Source of the DNA: Blepharisma stoltei ATCC 30299 | Taxonomy: Eukaryota > Protista > Ciliophora | Length of the DNA stretch: 64,000 bases | Assembly (NCBI GenBank): GCA_965603825.1 | Contig: CBFDEM010000064.1 | Location: forward strand, 248,001 to 312,000 | Reading direction: 5' to 3' | In this document: positions 1 through 13,527 of the stretch, in pieces | Layout: every line of letters begins with the position of its first letter | Numbering within the stretch: position 1 is the stretch's first letter | Notes under the pieces: generated by a model | What the model saw: only the letters and a program-made list of their open reading frames with translations | The model's database searches: none | What the model was told of the DNA's origin: nothing | Made by a program: the position numbers and the translations under genes

Positions 1-719
1 AAAATACTTATTTACTTGTATTAAGTTCTAAGAACTTCAATATGAACTCGAAATGCAAAAATCCTTTATGGCTTGGCAAACATTTTAGGATTAATGCAGA
101 AGTTGATGGGAAAAATGTATCAAGATATTATAGCGCATTCTTTTGCAACTTGAATTCATGGGCTATTGAATGCCAAGAAAGTGGTTATAGAGTTAGCACT
201 TATCCAAACGTGAAAAGTGGTAGATTGCAGCTGATTTATAAGGAATATCCTCAAGGAGTCTTAACCCAGCATTTGAAGTCTTGCCAAGCAAAAACTAAAC
301 TAAACCTCAAAGGTCCATTAGGACCTGGACTCTGCTTATCAGAATTTTCTGGTAAATATGTAGCCTTTGCAGCTGGTACAGGCTTGGTTCCATTTCTGGA
401 CATAGTCTGCTATCTTTGGACTATAAGAAATAGCCCACATATTCAATTTTCTTTTACTCTTATAGTTTCTTTTAGGAATTTGAAAGACTTCTTTGGCTTA
501 GATCTTCTTGAAGCTACTGCAAGTGCTTTAGGAGAAAGTAGATTTAAGCTTGTTATCCTCACTAATGAAAGACGAGAACAACTTCCTGGATTAGTCAAAG
601 AATGTGGAGAGCTCAAGTCAGATCTAGCTTGGGTTTGTGGGCCTTCTGGGTACAATAAGTTTATTCTTGATTCCCTGAAGGCTGGAGGACTTAGTAGAGA
701 TAAAATTATCGTGATGTAA
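1..719 (+). CDS. FAD/NAD(P)-binding oxidoreductase (cytochrome b5 reductase/FNR family), 5' part outside window
   Basis: Motifs RYYS (RxYS/T), IYKEYPQGVLT, KGPLG, AAGTGLVPF and VCGP; frame is open from position 3, so the start lies upstream; TAA stop. Confidence 0.85.
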   Translation, partial: NTYLLVLSSKNFNMNSKCKNPLWLGKHFRINAEVDGKNVSRYYSAFFCNLNSWAIECQESGYRVSTYPNVKSGRLQLIYKEYPQGVLTQHLKSCQAKTKLNLKGPLGPGLCLSEFSGKYVAFAAGTGLVPFLDIVCYLWTIRNSPHIQFSFTLIVSFRNLKDFFGLDLLEATASALGESRFKLVILTNERREQLPGLVKECGELKSDLAWVCGPSGYNKFILDSLKAGGLSRDKIIVM

Positions 720-960
720 AGACTCTATATCCATAACTTAGAATATTTTTATGATGAAATTAATTAATTTCATAAATATAAAATAGCATCAGAATTCAGT
801 TAATATAATAAATAAGATAATAATTTCATAGAAACTATTCAAATGACAAGTTTGAACAGTTTTTTGATTGCTTTAAAACTTGTTTCACAATAAAGAAAAT
901 TATTACCAAAATATTATGATAAATATTGTAATGTTAAGAGGCTAGCAATAGTTATATACA

Positions 961-2787
961 CTAACTACATTCAATTTTCGCTCGCTTCGGGGAACATTCT
1001 ACACAAAAGAATGTTTCCGGAACTTCGTACCTCTTTAATCCTATACATTCGCTGTGGAATCATTTTCCACATTCATCGCAAGCAATCATTTCACTATCCC
1101 TAATCCTTTGTTCATAATCCTCATCTGTCTCATCATTTCTCTTTGGCGTGGCTTCAACAAATGGCTTTCTGCACAAGCAATGAAGCTCTTGACTTACGAG
1201 ATCTTCAAGAACAGGCTGCTTCGGCTTCCTTCCTCTTTTGGCTCCTCCTATAGGCTTAATATACTTTTTCAGCTTAGCTTTTTCTCTTAATGTTGGCTCA
1301 TAAACTACTAAAGGCTTTCCTAAAATTTGAATTTCCTTTTTAATTACTGGGAATATTGATTCATTGTAAAATTTATAGCAATCTTGGTATTTTCTCCCTT
1401 GTAAAGCAATTTTTTCTAGCAAAATCATTTGAGGATGCAAAACTGTGTATTGCAAAGGTTTGGACACTTGCACGCCTCCTCGCAACTTTTTCTGAGAGCT
1501 TGCTTTGGTGAAGGCAAATTTAAAGCCAGGCTTTTCTTCTTTTGCAAGCCTTGCTTCAACGATTTTTAGCAGCTCTAGCTTTTCTTCGTAAGAAAATTCT
1601 CCACTTCTCTTTCGTTTAACTTGGGGTGGAGTTTGACAGGCTAGCTGATTCTTTTTGACTTTTCTAGCTTCAAATTTCTGAAGAGCCCTTCCTAAATACA
1701 ATATATCTTCGACAGCCTTTTTCTCAAGGCTTTCAATTTGCTTTCTCAGCCTAAGTGGCCGATGTTTTGAGCAATAACAATTCATATCATCAAATCCTGT
1801 TTTATCCCTGGTGCTAAGAAAATTATTTTTAGCACATAATGGATGGAATCCCACTGTACACCTCCCATGATGACACTGTACACAGGCTCCGTTTTTTGTG
1901 TTGCATTTTTGGCATTTGAGCTGAAATCGGTCCTTGTTGATTTTCGAAATATCAATTTCTGACATCAATTCTTGATCTTGGAAGCAAGAAAAATCTAAAT
2001 GCATAACACAGAATACATGAGCCCAAATTTGTTCAGGTTCTCCTGTCCATGGATAATTAGGATAATCAGAATGAAGAGAGGTAAAAAGAACAGTTGGCTT
2101 TATTGCCCCTCCTTTATTTGGACACAACGCACATCGGATTTCATTTCTCTTTTCTGACTGTTTTTGGCAAGCAATGCAGTATCAGTCAGTGTCTGGAACT
2201 ACAAGAATTCCATAGCATTTCATATGAACTCCTGTGTTGCAGCCAGAACAAATTACGATCAAATCGTCATCTTCATAATCTCCGTCCCCACAAATTTCAC
2301 AGGAAAATTCATCGTCGTGCACTGGCGGCGTTGAAGGCTTTTCGACAATGTTGTCAGATTTAGATCTTTTTTCTATGTAGTCTAAATAAGCATTTAGAGT
2401 CTTTCGGTGCTCGATATTTGTAATTTCTGACAAAACTATTTCGTACTCACTGAGTAGTTTAGGGTAGTTATTATCAAGCCCTTTTTTTTGTTCCGGAAAG
2501 ATTTGAGATACATCGTTTTCACATTGCTCTAACTCAGCTTCATACTTAGTAATAAGATTATTAACATAAGATTCGCTGTCAAAATGATCATATTCTAATT
2601 CGATATCAAGCTTCATGTCAATATTTGGAAGTTGCGCTGTTGCCGACGCGCTTTTAAAGTATTGATTGTTAATGTAAAACCAAAGCATATTTCCTATGCA
2701 GATGTCCTTGGACTTGTGTTGGCTCTGGGCAATCTTGATTGTTTTTAAAAGATCACAAAACATTTCTAACTTATTAGAAAAAAACAT
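961..2787 (-). CDS. PHD-finger chromatin protein (PHD + zinc knuckle/ePHD, BRPF/JADE-like PZP module, plus C-terminal PHD), ~608 aa
   Basis: ORFs 2182..2787 and 1060..2127 join through TGA=Trp at canonical PHD Trp sites (VPDTD-W-YCIAC; CDECGK-W-FHSEC); CALCPNKGGAIKPT and WAHVFC motifs; TAG stop at 961-963. Confidence 0.9.
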
Positions 2788-3611
2788 AAACCTAATATGG
2801 AATTAAATATCCTCAGATATTAATAAAAAATAAAGGAATTCTTATATATAGACAATCATCAATTTATGAGGAAAATAATAACCAGTAAAAAAGCCAGCGG
2901 GTGGATAGTTGGTAAAAATTTGAGTGAAATCTTTATTTTTTTATCTAGCATTTTATTTGTCTCACTTTAATTAATTCAGAATGACAAGATTAAAAAAAAA
3001 GCGGTTTTAGAAGTTTTGCTGCATTTTAACATTTTTTTTATTAGATATAAAGAATTGATTTTTTGATTGTAGCTATCAAGCTAAAAAGAAATAGAAATTG
3101 TAGCATTACTTAAAATAATAAATATTATAATCAGAAAATTTGAAATTTTTTTAAGTTATTCAAAATGGATTTATTATGGATTTGCATAAAAATTTTATAT
3201 ATTAGGTATTATAAATTGTGTTAAAAATCAGTTTTAGAAGTCAGAAATTCAATAAAATATAATTGTTATATTTTAAAAAATTTTTCTTTATGATAAAATT
3301 TAAAAATTATAAACCCGAATAAAGCATTGTTTAGGTATAAATATATATTTAGCACCAATCTTAAAGATAATCTAAACTATTACAAAAAAAGCAATATTTC
3401 CATAGGTTATTATTGAAATAAGTATAAAATATATTTATTTTATTAAAGCCTTTGCTAAAAACAAGATTATTGGATAATTTATATTGGCTTTACATCAAAT
3501 AGTTATTAATAAATAATTTGTTTATAAATTTAAAGCCTTTTATTGCATTAAATAATAAACTCTCAATTAATAAATATTAATATTAATTCATCATTTTAAT
3601 TATTTAATAAC

Positions 3612-6600
3612 TTAAATCCTCCAAGGCCCTTTAAACCAGTCCCAAAAGTAAAAAATCGATACAAATAACTCCAAGCAAATCCCAAAAAGTGATATCTGCC
3701 AGACATCACTCATATAAGAATACAGTCCCAAAATAGCGATATGTTGGAACAGCTGAGGTACATTTATGACGGTCAAATTATACAAGCTTAATCTTTCCAA
3801 TGGAAATCTAAACGCATTCACATTCCCCAGTGTCTTCGCATGAGTTGATACAGGAAGACCAAAGAATCCACTATACAATATTCTTATAAAGTGAATCCCA
3901 AAAAGTAACGATAAAAACCTTGTAATCCTATACGACCATTTAAATTTCTGAGAAAATTCGTCTAAGGCTGCACTGCTTTCGACCAGTGGATCTAAATGCA
4001 GAATTAAAAACATCATAGATAGCACACTTGACCCAGCTATAAATGAAGCTGTTATCCCTACAAGAATTGAAGCTTCTGAGCCCTTATCAACCCATAGGAA
4101 AATTAGGAGAAATATTCTTTCAGTAAATTCAATAGCACTGAACATAAATAAAATAGTTGCTTTTTGTAAGTACATATCTGGGCTTGCGAATTTTGCAATT
4201 ACTATAATTATTAATGCTAGTAGAGTTTCTCCTATAAGCGCATAAACAGCAAAAGCAGAAATCCCACTTGAAGTAACAGTAGACTTGTTCACTGGGGGAA
4301 TAATGATTTGGTCTTTGTCACATGTCAAAGTGGTGGAATTCGCGGTGTAATTGCTTGGGCAGGTAATTTGGCAAGAATGATCTGGGTTTAAATAATAAGT
4401 AGATTTACTGTCAGAGTAGCAAGATGTGCAGTTGTAAAGTGATGACCCGCTGCAGGTCTTACAACTTTTATCACAAATATCGGTAGGGTTTGTAGGATTT
4501 TTATCACATAGTAAAGTAGTTGAATTAGCTGTGTAGTTTTCAGGACAACTAGTCTGGCAAGAGTTGTCCGGGTTTAAATAATAAGTTGAATTTTCATTAG
4601 AATAGCAAGATTTACAGTTATAAATTGATGACTCATAGCATGTTTTACAACTTTTGTCGCATTGTTTGCAAGTGGCTGAGTTCCCATATAAACCATCAGG
4701 ACAGTTGCTGTAGCAAACATTTTTATATAAATAAGGAGAAGAATCTTTGCAGGTGATGCAAGTGGATGGATTATTGCTATCACAAGTTTTGCATCCTGAT
4801 CCGCAAGGTTTTACACAATTCCCATCTTCAATTATTAAGCCATCTGGACATTTACTATAGCATTGCTGCTGATAATAATAAGTTCCATCAGGACAGCTTG
4901 AACAGTAGTTTTCTCTAGTACAAGTTTTACAGCTGATATTACAAGGCTTGCAATAATAATTTGAGGTATCTTGGTAGTACTTATCAGGGCAAGAATCAAT
5001 GCACACTTTTGAGCTCGAAGATTGATCATAGTTCCAATAATCAGGGCCACAAGTAGACACGCATAACTTTTTGCCCTTGAAAGTATAAGTAAACAAGTTT
5101 GATGGACAGACAGAAACGCACTTAGAATCTGCTGTCAAAAAAGGAGTGCTTCCTGTTAAGTTGCATGATAAGCAATTACTAGATATAGAGCCATTACATG
5201 TGACACAGGACTGATCACAAGCTAAACAACTTGAGCTATCACTTGTTATATAATAGTGCTGGCTTGGGCAGCTTGAGTTAGAGATGCATGTAGGCTGATT
5301 GCTGTTATCTGGATCATAATATTTTAATGATGGGGATGGACAAGAATTTTCATAGCAAAGTTTCTTTCCTTCAAGAGTATATACGAACTGAGTAGAGTTA
5401 CAATAATTAACGCATTTGGAGTCTTCAGTTAAAAATGGAGAGCTTCCAGTCAAATTGCAGGATAAACAGCCATTAGAAGCTGTACTGCTACATGTCAGAC
5501 AAGTTTGGTCACAGGCCAAACAGCTAGAGCCATCTTTTGTGATATAATAATGCTGACTAGGGCAAGATGAACGAGAGATGCAGGTGGGCTGGCTATTATT
5601 GTTTGGATCATAATAATTTAATGAAGGAGATGGACAAGAATGGTCATAGCACAATTTCTTTCCATCGAGGGTATATGAAAATTGAGTAGAGTTGCAATTG
5701 CTTATGCATCTTGAATCTTCTGTCAAAAATGGAGTGCTTCCAGTTAAGTCACACGTTAAACAACTGTTAGATGTTGTGCCGCTACATGTAAGGCAAGTTA
5801 TATCACAAGCTAAGCAGCTTAATTTATCACTTGTGATATAATAGTGCTGACTAGGACAACTTGCATATGAAATGCAAGTAGGCTGATTATTGTTGCTGAT
5901 ATTATAATATTTTAGTGATGGAGATGGACAAGCATTATTATAGCACAGCTTCTTTCCTTCGAGAGTATATACGAATTGAGAAGAACTGCAATAAGCTACA
6001 CATTTAGAATCTTCAGTTAGAAATGGAGTGCTTCCTGATAAATCGCACGTTAAGCAATTATTGGATGCAGTACCATTGCATGTTAAACAAGTTTGATCAC
6101 AAGCTAAGCAGCTTGAATTATCGCTGGTTATATAATAATGCTGGCTGGGACAGGTTGAATAGTCAATGCATGTAGGCTGATTATTGTTATTTAAATCGTA
6201 ATAAATTAGAGAAGGAGCTGGACAAGAATTGGAATAGCATATCTTTCTACCATTGAGAGTATATAAATATTGAGTCAAAGTGCATTTCTGTACACAAAGA
6301 TTGGTGTCTGTAATAAAAGGCGTTGATCCTGACAGGTCACATGTTTTGCATGTGACACCATCATTGCAAGTCAAGCAGCTGCTCATGCAAGGTAAACAAT
6401 AATTTGTGGGCGAATCCAAATAATAGTTTGAAGGACAGCTAGAAATGCACTGATAAATGCTAGAAGTTGTATTATAGTAATGATGAGTCGGAGAAGAGCA
6501 CGCAGAAACACACTGGCTGTCTGAGGTAAAATACTTAGTTCCAGAAGTTGGGCAGCTTAAACAGCTATTAGAGGAAATCCCACTGCAAGTCTGGCATGAT

Positions 6601-9600
6601 GCATCGCAGGGTAAGCATAATTTGTTGGTTGAGTCAACAACTGAAATAAGATCAGGGCACTTTGAAACACAAGTATAGTCTAGCTTGTTTAAATAAGTTT
6701 CTCCATAAATGGTAGGGCAGCTATTGCAATGAGTAGATGCAGAGAAGCAATCTAAACAGTTATTATCACATTTTTGACAAATTTTGTTGCTGTCTTCATA
6801 ATATCCTGTAGGACAGTTATCATCAGTCAAAGTTTCTTCTGCTACACAATTTCCTCTTTCTCTATACAAAACTGGGTAAGAAGACACACATGATAAACAA
6901 AATGTAGAGCTTGTACTGCAGGTTGCACATGGGCTTTGACAGCTTCCAGTATTCACACAAACTCCGTTAACTTTTTGAGTACCTGAAGGGCAAGAAGTCA
7001 CACATGAATTATCTGATTGCAAATAGCCTGAAGCGCATGAAGTGCAATCAGTTGATTGTGGGCCGAGACATGAGGCACATGTGAAGTGGCACCTTAAGCA
7101 TGTGAGGTCTGAATATAAAAAATAGTCACTTTGGCATTCAGAATTGCAAGAATACCCTTCAAGCATTGGTGAAGACGAAGGAACGTTGCAGGAATAGCAA
7201 GATATTGAGCTTCCTGCACAGTGCTGGCATTCAGAAGAGCACGAATTGTCATTAATTGATGAGAAAAATGATATAGACATAGTTGAGTCAGTATCTATCA
7301 CAAATCCCGTTGAATCTAGCGTAGAAATTGCAAAAACTCCATATGATTTTGCGGAATTGCCATTTGTGATGTTAGATATTCAAAATCCTATCATTACTGG
7401 TCCTGTAAGCTGAGACTGGAAACCATTTTTCAAGGTGACAGTATTGCTTGATACAGTGCATTGTAAAGTGGTATTTGTATTGATATAAGATGTGCAAGAA
7501 CTGAGAGAAGAAGAGATCGAGACTCCAGATGGGAATGCTACCGATATCATTGCCCCAATCGGAATGTTATTTTGGGAAGTAAATATGATTCTGTAGTTAG
7601 TTACAGCAGACACTGTTGGATTATAAGGATGAATATCAATATTTGTCAAGCTCCCAGCAATAAACGGAGCTAAAATCGTTGAAACATCGTTTATGCTAGC
7701 TACATCGCTATTATACCCATTATTAGACGTATAAATTGACAATCCGCCAGTTATTGTGATCACATAATCCATATTTTTGATTCCAGCCATTGCAAACCCA
7801 ATACTCCCTCCTTTCTTGCAAGTTGACGAGCAGTAGTTTGTTATTGTAAGATGGACTACACTATTTGTTGATGAGTCAACTGTCTTTAATATATTCAGCT
7901 CTACATTATCAGAAATCCTATAAACCCTAAACGTCGTTTGAATGACAACCATATCAATTGGAAAAGTTATATCAATATATCCTGTACTCGCTATAAAAGT
8001 TGAATAGTTAAATGAAATGGCCATCGAAATGCTTGATTTAATGTTATTATTTGTGCGGGTTGCTGTAATCCCTGATATAGTACTCGTATTGATGCTGTTT
8101 AAATTTGCAGTACTTATGCCGCCATTTTCAATTATATATCATGCACTTGTGTAGGCTGCAATTTTTCATGATGAGTCAAATGGAGCAATTGTATTGGGAT
8201 TTTGAATGTTTGAAACCTGTAGCACTATTTTCACTCCTTTTGTACACCCACTTGGGCACATATTTTCAAAGGTGATAGAAGTAATTGAGCCGCTTGCATT
8301 TTGTGTATAATTAGAGCAGGTAGGGGTGTTGCTGTTTCCATAAGAATTCCCAATATTAGTGCACTGCATTGAATTCCCATTGTCTGCAGCGAATATTGAG
8401 TTAGCTGGAATTGTAAAAACAATCATAGCATTGCTCATATAGTCAATAGTAGGGGTATAAGATAAATTATAAACTGTATACTCACCAACAGTGTCGTCAC
8501 TTCTATTCAGTATTGCATCACTCACTGTTCGTGCCTGCAAAGCAGGAGTAAATTGGAGGCCTGATGTGACATCATCAATTAATCCTGTTTTATCAGGGTT
8601 CAATGTATATATTTTTATTGTCGTCCCTAGATTAGGATTAACATAATATGGATTTTTTACTCCTCCAATACTAATTGTGAGGGTTTTTCCAGCACTGCAG
8701 CATGAAGAGCAACTTGTATCAGTTGATGAGCATCATTCATTCATAATCAATTCATAAGTGCTGCTATCAGCAGGGCTCGAGGATTTTGTGCAAATATTTG
8801 AGGTGGATGTGACTCCGTTTATAACAGTATTGCAAACAATTCCACTGTCTTCCCATAGCTCTGCTATTGGCAAAACTATTTTTACCCAAGAATATGAAGG
8901 CATCTGTGTTGAGGTTGTAAATGATAAAATATAAGGTCCTGAATCACCAACATATGCACTATTCCTTGATTTTTTTACCACATTTATTGCATTTGGGGTT
9001 GCTGTGAAAGTACTAAACGTGGTATTTTGGCATATTAGAGCTCCTCCAGAGGTATAAGTTGATATTTTAAAGTAATCTGTAGTTTTAGTATTTGGAGGGT
9101 TAATAGGATAATTGAAATTAATCCCAATATTAGTTGTGCTTTGAGTCACAGCCGTAGTACTTAAAACATTGGAGTTCTGTGAGCAAGATATTGAAGTATC
9201 TGAAAGCCCTGAGACAATTGAGCAGCTTACAGAATTTATAGTAAAAGTTGAAGGAAAAGTATATTTTATAATAAAAGTATTGTTTAAATTTGCATCAAAA
9301 ATGTTTGTTTGGAAAAAAATTGACAAAGAGTTTTGAAGATTTACAGTAGTTACTGTGTTATAAAGCAATAAATAGCTAATAGGGCAAGGTGAGCTAGATC
9401 CTTGATATATAGTCATTGAGTCTATTTTTTCGTTATTTGAAGTTGTCGTAGAAATCACTATAGAAGAAGTTCCTATATATCTTATATTTCTTAACCATCC
9501 AATTGTAATACTAATTGAAGTCACTCCAGCTGCTACAGTCAAATCAGAGCTAAATAATCCAGTAGCAAAAAGCGTATTACTACTGATAGTTGGCGTTAAA

Positions 9601-10316
9601 CTTTCACTTGCACCGCTGCCTATCTGCCCAGTAACTGGAGTATTTGCAGGAGTGCTTAACCCAAAATCGCTTGAAAACACAAATTGGATTTTTCCATCCT
9701 GTGGCACATTATGCTGAAGAGTAAATCCGAACGTGTAGGAATTCCAAGCGCCTACTTGAGTATTTGTCTGTGAAAATGATGAGCTTGTAAGTGTCCCTGG
9801 GTTAAAAGTCCCACTTGTAAAACTATATTGAATTTGATAGTCAGGAGATGTGCTTCCTGGGTTGTAGCCATAAAATTGAATTGGGCCTATATTGGCTGCA
9901 TTTAAGGAGGCGATTGGGTTTTGAATGTTTCCAATTAGAAACTTTAAACCAGCTGTCATTTGTTGGGGGGTGATTAAGGTATAAGTGTTAGATGCAGAAA
10001 CCCCACATTGCCCATTTTGGGGGTTTGTTGAGCTGTATGCAGAAGTTAGAGCGATATCAGGCGAGACAATTAAAAAATCTTTTAAGATGCATGTGCTTGG
10101 GAGAGAGTTTATAGGATCAACAACTTTGAATTGGGATGGCAAGATCATTACCGCCTTGAACCCGGCAGGAACATTTGGAAGTGATTGGGTTAAAGTGAGG
10201 GTAGCTAGATAAGTAGTTTGTTCATAGATATTTGCAGAGCTAGGATTTACTGTGACACTTGAAAAACTTAATACATTGTGGAGCAGGAGGAGGAAAAAGG
10301 CCGCGGAATTTTTCAT
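3612..10316 (-). CDS. Giant surface membrane protein, ~2234 aa: signal peptide, Ser/Thr-rich beta (Ig-like) repeats, long furin-like Cys-repeat stalk, ~6 C-terminal TM helices
   Basis: Four same-frame ORFs (8733..10316, 8166..8603, 7380..8024, 3612..7301) separated only by TGA codons; N-terminal MKNSAAFFLLLLH; repeated CxxCxxxCxxC units; hydrophobic C-terminus. Confidence 0.88.
5050..6390 (-). repeat. Intragenic tandem repeat, 294 nt/98 aa unit, ~4.5 copies
   Basis: CPSQHYYITSD...CLACDxTCLTC...GSTPFLTEDS unit recurs at ~6136, 5842, 5548 and 5254 (294 nt spacing). Confidence 0.9.
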
Positions 10317-10378
10317 ATTGAATTATCATCAAAATGAGTTAAATTTAAGTTGTTGTGAAAATTAAGAAAAGATCTAAA

Positions 10379-11737
10379 ATGGCCAACATTATTATTCCAA
10401 CACCTGAAAATCTGACTAATGACAATCTAAGAGGAATTCTTTTGGCTATAACTTCTCAGTTAATTGAAGCACAAATTCAACAAAAACATTTTTCTAAAGA
10501 AATTGAAGAAGAGTTAAAAACGCGTCCAACCCTTCAACAAACAATTTCAGCTTTTGCTGAAACTCCACCCTCAGTTCAAAATCCAATGATGTATGTAGAT
10601 ATATATTCCGTTCATGGAATTGTATCTGGACTCACTAATAAAATTCTTACAAAGTTAGAAGAATTATCAAAAAATTCTCAAAAATATGAGCAGTTAGCTA
10701 ATGATTTGATAACAAAAGTTGATACTGCAATTAAAGCTATGAATTTAAAATGTAAAAAATCCAATGATATAGCAAATCAATCACTTCTTTATACTCGCAG
10801 AAATTTGATACAGCTTACCAATAAGAAAAAACTTGGATTAATTTTTCAGGAATTAAAAAGAAATGCCGAAAATCACATAAAGGCGAGGAAGATTATTCAA
10901 AACAGACTTAAAATTATTGAAAAGATACCTTTAAAAAGAGCTTTGGAGAAATGAAAGAAAATCCCGAATTCAAATAATGCAATTATATTTAAAGGAGAGT
11001 TAGATAGCACAGCAACAACAATTCGAAGACATCAAGATTCTATTGATATGCTTGAGAAAAAGTAAAGCTTATACAGGATCTTCAACCTTCAGCAATCTAA
11101 AGTTAACAATGAAGAGATTTCTGATATAAAAGAATTTGCCTTAAAAGCAGATCTAAGGGTCTTATTTCAAGATCTTAAACGAATTATTTCAGTCCATTCT
11201 CAAAATACAAAAACTGTAAAACCTATATAGAAATGCACATCACAAATGGCCACTTTTCAAGATTCTCTTGAAAATCTTAGAGAAGAGTTTAGGAAAATTT
11301 GTGAAGAACTTTCTGAAATAAAAACAGCAGAAATGACAAAAAAATTGAAATCAGAAGTTGCAGATTTGAATAAACACTATGTAACTTTATCTGATCGAAT
11401 AGTCAAAACTGACCAATCCAACAAAGTTGAGGAGAGTGATTTTAGAATTTCTCTAATAGATAGAAAACTAGAAGCTTTAGAGCAGAGAGTTTCTCAAGTG
11501 CAAGAAGAAAAAAGTATGGAAGGAGCTTTTTCTAATGTAGTAAAGGGGATTTACTCAAATAAAAGGCCTACTTCATCATATCGCAAAGGACTTTCAAGCT
11601 CTATGATTCTTTATAATACTTCTCCAACTATGGACCAAGAAACAACTACAACTACTCGACCTCCAAGAACAGCTCCTGGAAAATCCCGAGCTCCAACCTT
11701 ATTTAAAACTACTTCACGTAGAAAAAGTAATTTTTAA
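10379..11737 (+). CDS. Coiled-coil hypothetical protein, ~442 aa
   Basis: ORFs 10355..10954 and 11246..11737 join via TGA=Trp (10952) and two 15-nt introns, 11062-11076 (gtaaagcttatacag) and 11216-11230 (gtaaaacctatatag). Confidence 0.8.
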
Positions 11738-13527
11738 TTATTATTCATATTAATTTCTGACTCTATTGAAAATTCAGGAATTTCATAAGCATCTTTCGAA
11801 TAAATATCCTTTTGCGTTTTAAAAATAACCTGTGCTGAGCCATAAATTTTATTAAATTCTCTTCATAGATTTTGGTTTAAAGCAGAATAATGCTTTCTGT
11901 ACTTAAGATTTTTTTTGATTTCTCCATTTTCAAAGAGACTTGAATTGTCAATAAATCCTGGCAGCTCAGGAGTTAAAAAGTTGCATTTTGGAGTTCAATT
12001 GATGAAATTAATTCACTTATCGATTCATGAGTTTGATACAAGATGCCAAGGCCCTTCGTAACTATTATCTTCTTTTAAATTTTTAGCTAACTTTACTTCT
12101 GTAATTATTCTGATTTTAAAATCATCGATTTCTTTAGAACAAAGCTGGCATACTTCAGACGAAACAAATGGAGATCCTTCTAGCCCAAACTGGCTTTGTA
12201 GTGTCTGAAACTGAGCCCTGCTGATAGGAAATAGCGAAGTTTCTTTTAAAAGAGGTGACAGGTTTCCATGCTTGCATGCAATTGCCTGAAAATCAATTTT
12301 TCTTGGAATAGCCATAGTTTGATATTTATTTACCCATTCCAAAGGTATAAAAACCTTATCATTTCCTTCACATTTTTCTAGCATCGCTCTTTCATCATAA
12401 TTCTTCAGATAAAACGCAATATACGCTTGTGCTTCTAAAACATCTTCTATAGTACATTCAGTGACTTTTTTATCATTGAAAATATATCATTTTCCGTCTT
12501 CTTCATTTTTACAAAAAGCTTTATAGTGTCCTCTTCCTGTGCTCCCTTTATGTTGGATTATCCCAATCAGTGAATAATCAGCATTTTCATCGTTGGCTCC
12601 AAAAGTTTTCATATTTATCGTCAATGGTAACTGTACATGAATCCCAATCTTTGAGCTTCCATGCAAATATTTAAACCTTTTTACACTGAATGCCATCACA
12701 TTGGGAAACTCTGTGATTTTATATGACATTTCTATAGGGCATTTCTTTTGGCAGGCTTCACAATAATATAAATTATTTACATCATTAATCTCTTGAGATT
12801 TAAAATTTGCGATAAGGCAATCATATAAAGATACGATAATTGATGATCCTTTTTGGCAAAATCTAAGTAAAAGTTACTCTTTGAACTTAAGTCAAATTTT
12901 TTGGGAATTTTTGTGGTATTTTTTCTTATCTATAGCGTTCATCATCAGTTTTGATTTTTTGTGTAAGCTTGGAAGCTCTTTACTTTTAGGTAAAGGCAAT
13001 AAGATGTCAAGAAAATTATCGATTTTTGTTGTTTCGGTTTTGCATGTGTTACAAGTAATCTTCGTTTCTAGCTTTCCCTGAAATGTATCAGCAACAATTG
13101 AAGAGGAGCCAGGAATAATAGATTTTATTCCTGTATCTAAGCTATTTAATAGATTCCTTAAAAATTCTTGTGCGTCTTGTTGAAGATCTTGATGATAGTC
13201 CTTGCTTAGTGTGTAGGCATTTCTTACAAAGTTTTCAGGAAAGATAGTATCAGTTCTATTTCATAAGTCTTGAATAAGCTCTTGAAAAGGAATCAATACA
13301 CTGATTATTTATTACTTTGAATCTGGCTTTACTGCATTAGACAGGTCTTTAAAAATACTTTGGAAGTATCACCGAATTGGAGGAATATGACTTAAACATT
13401 GAATTGTTGAATTCAGATAGCACGTATTTCCCAAATTTGCGAGACCTGACTTCCCAATAGTGGGTATGTTACGAGAAAGTAGCTCAAATCTTCTTTCAAG
13501 TTTATTAAGTTGAGATATTTCGGTCAT
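11734..13527 (-). CDS. Ubiquitin-specific protease (peptidase C19) with C-terminal DUSP-type domains (USP20/33-like architecture), ~587 aa
   Basis: Cys box [26 protein letters not shown], His box [11 protein letters not shown](TGA)YIFND; 15-nt introns 13301-13315 and 12863-12877; several TGA=Trp. Confidence 0.92.

Noticed and set aside
1-719. FNR-like reductase as the dedicated electron donor of the Rieske desaturases
   Set aside because: 38 kb and ~20 unrelated genes away; no evidence of linkage
5050-6390. Tandem repeats as a CRISPR-like or satellite array
   Set aside because: In-frame 294-nt coding repeats with codon-level divergence and no repeat-spacer structure
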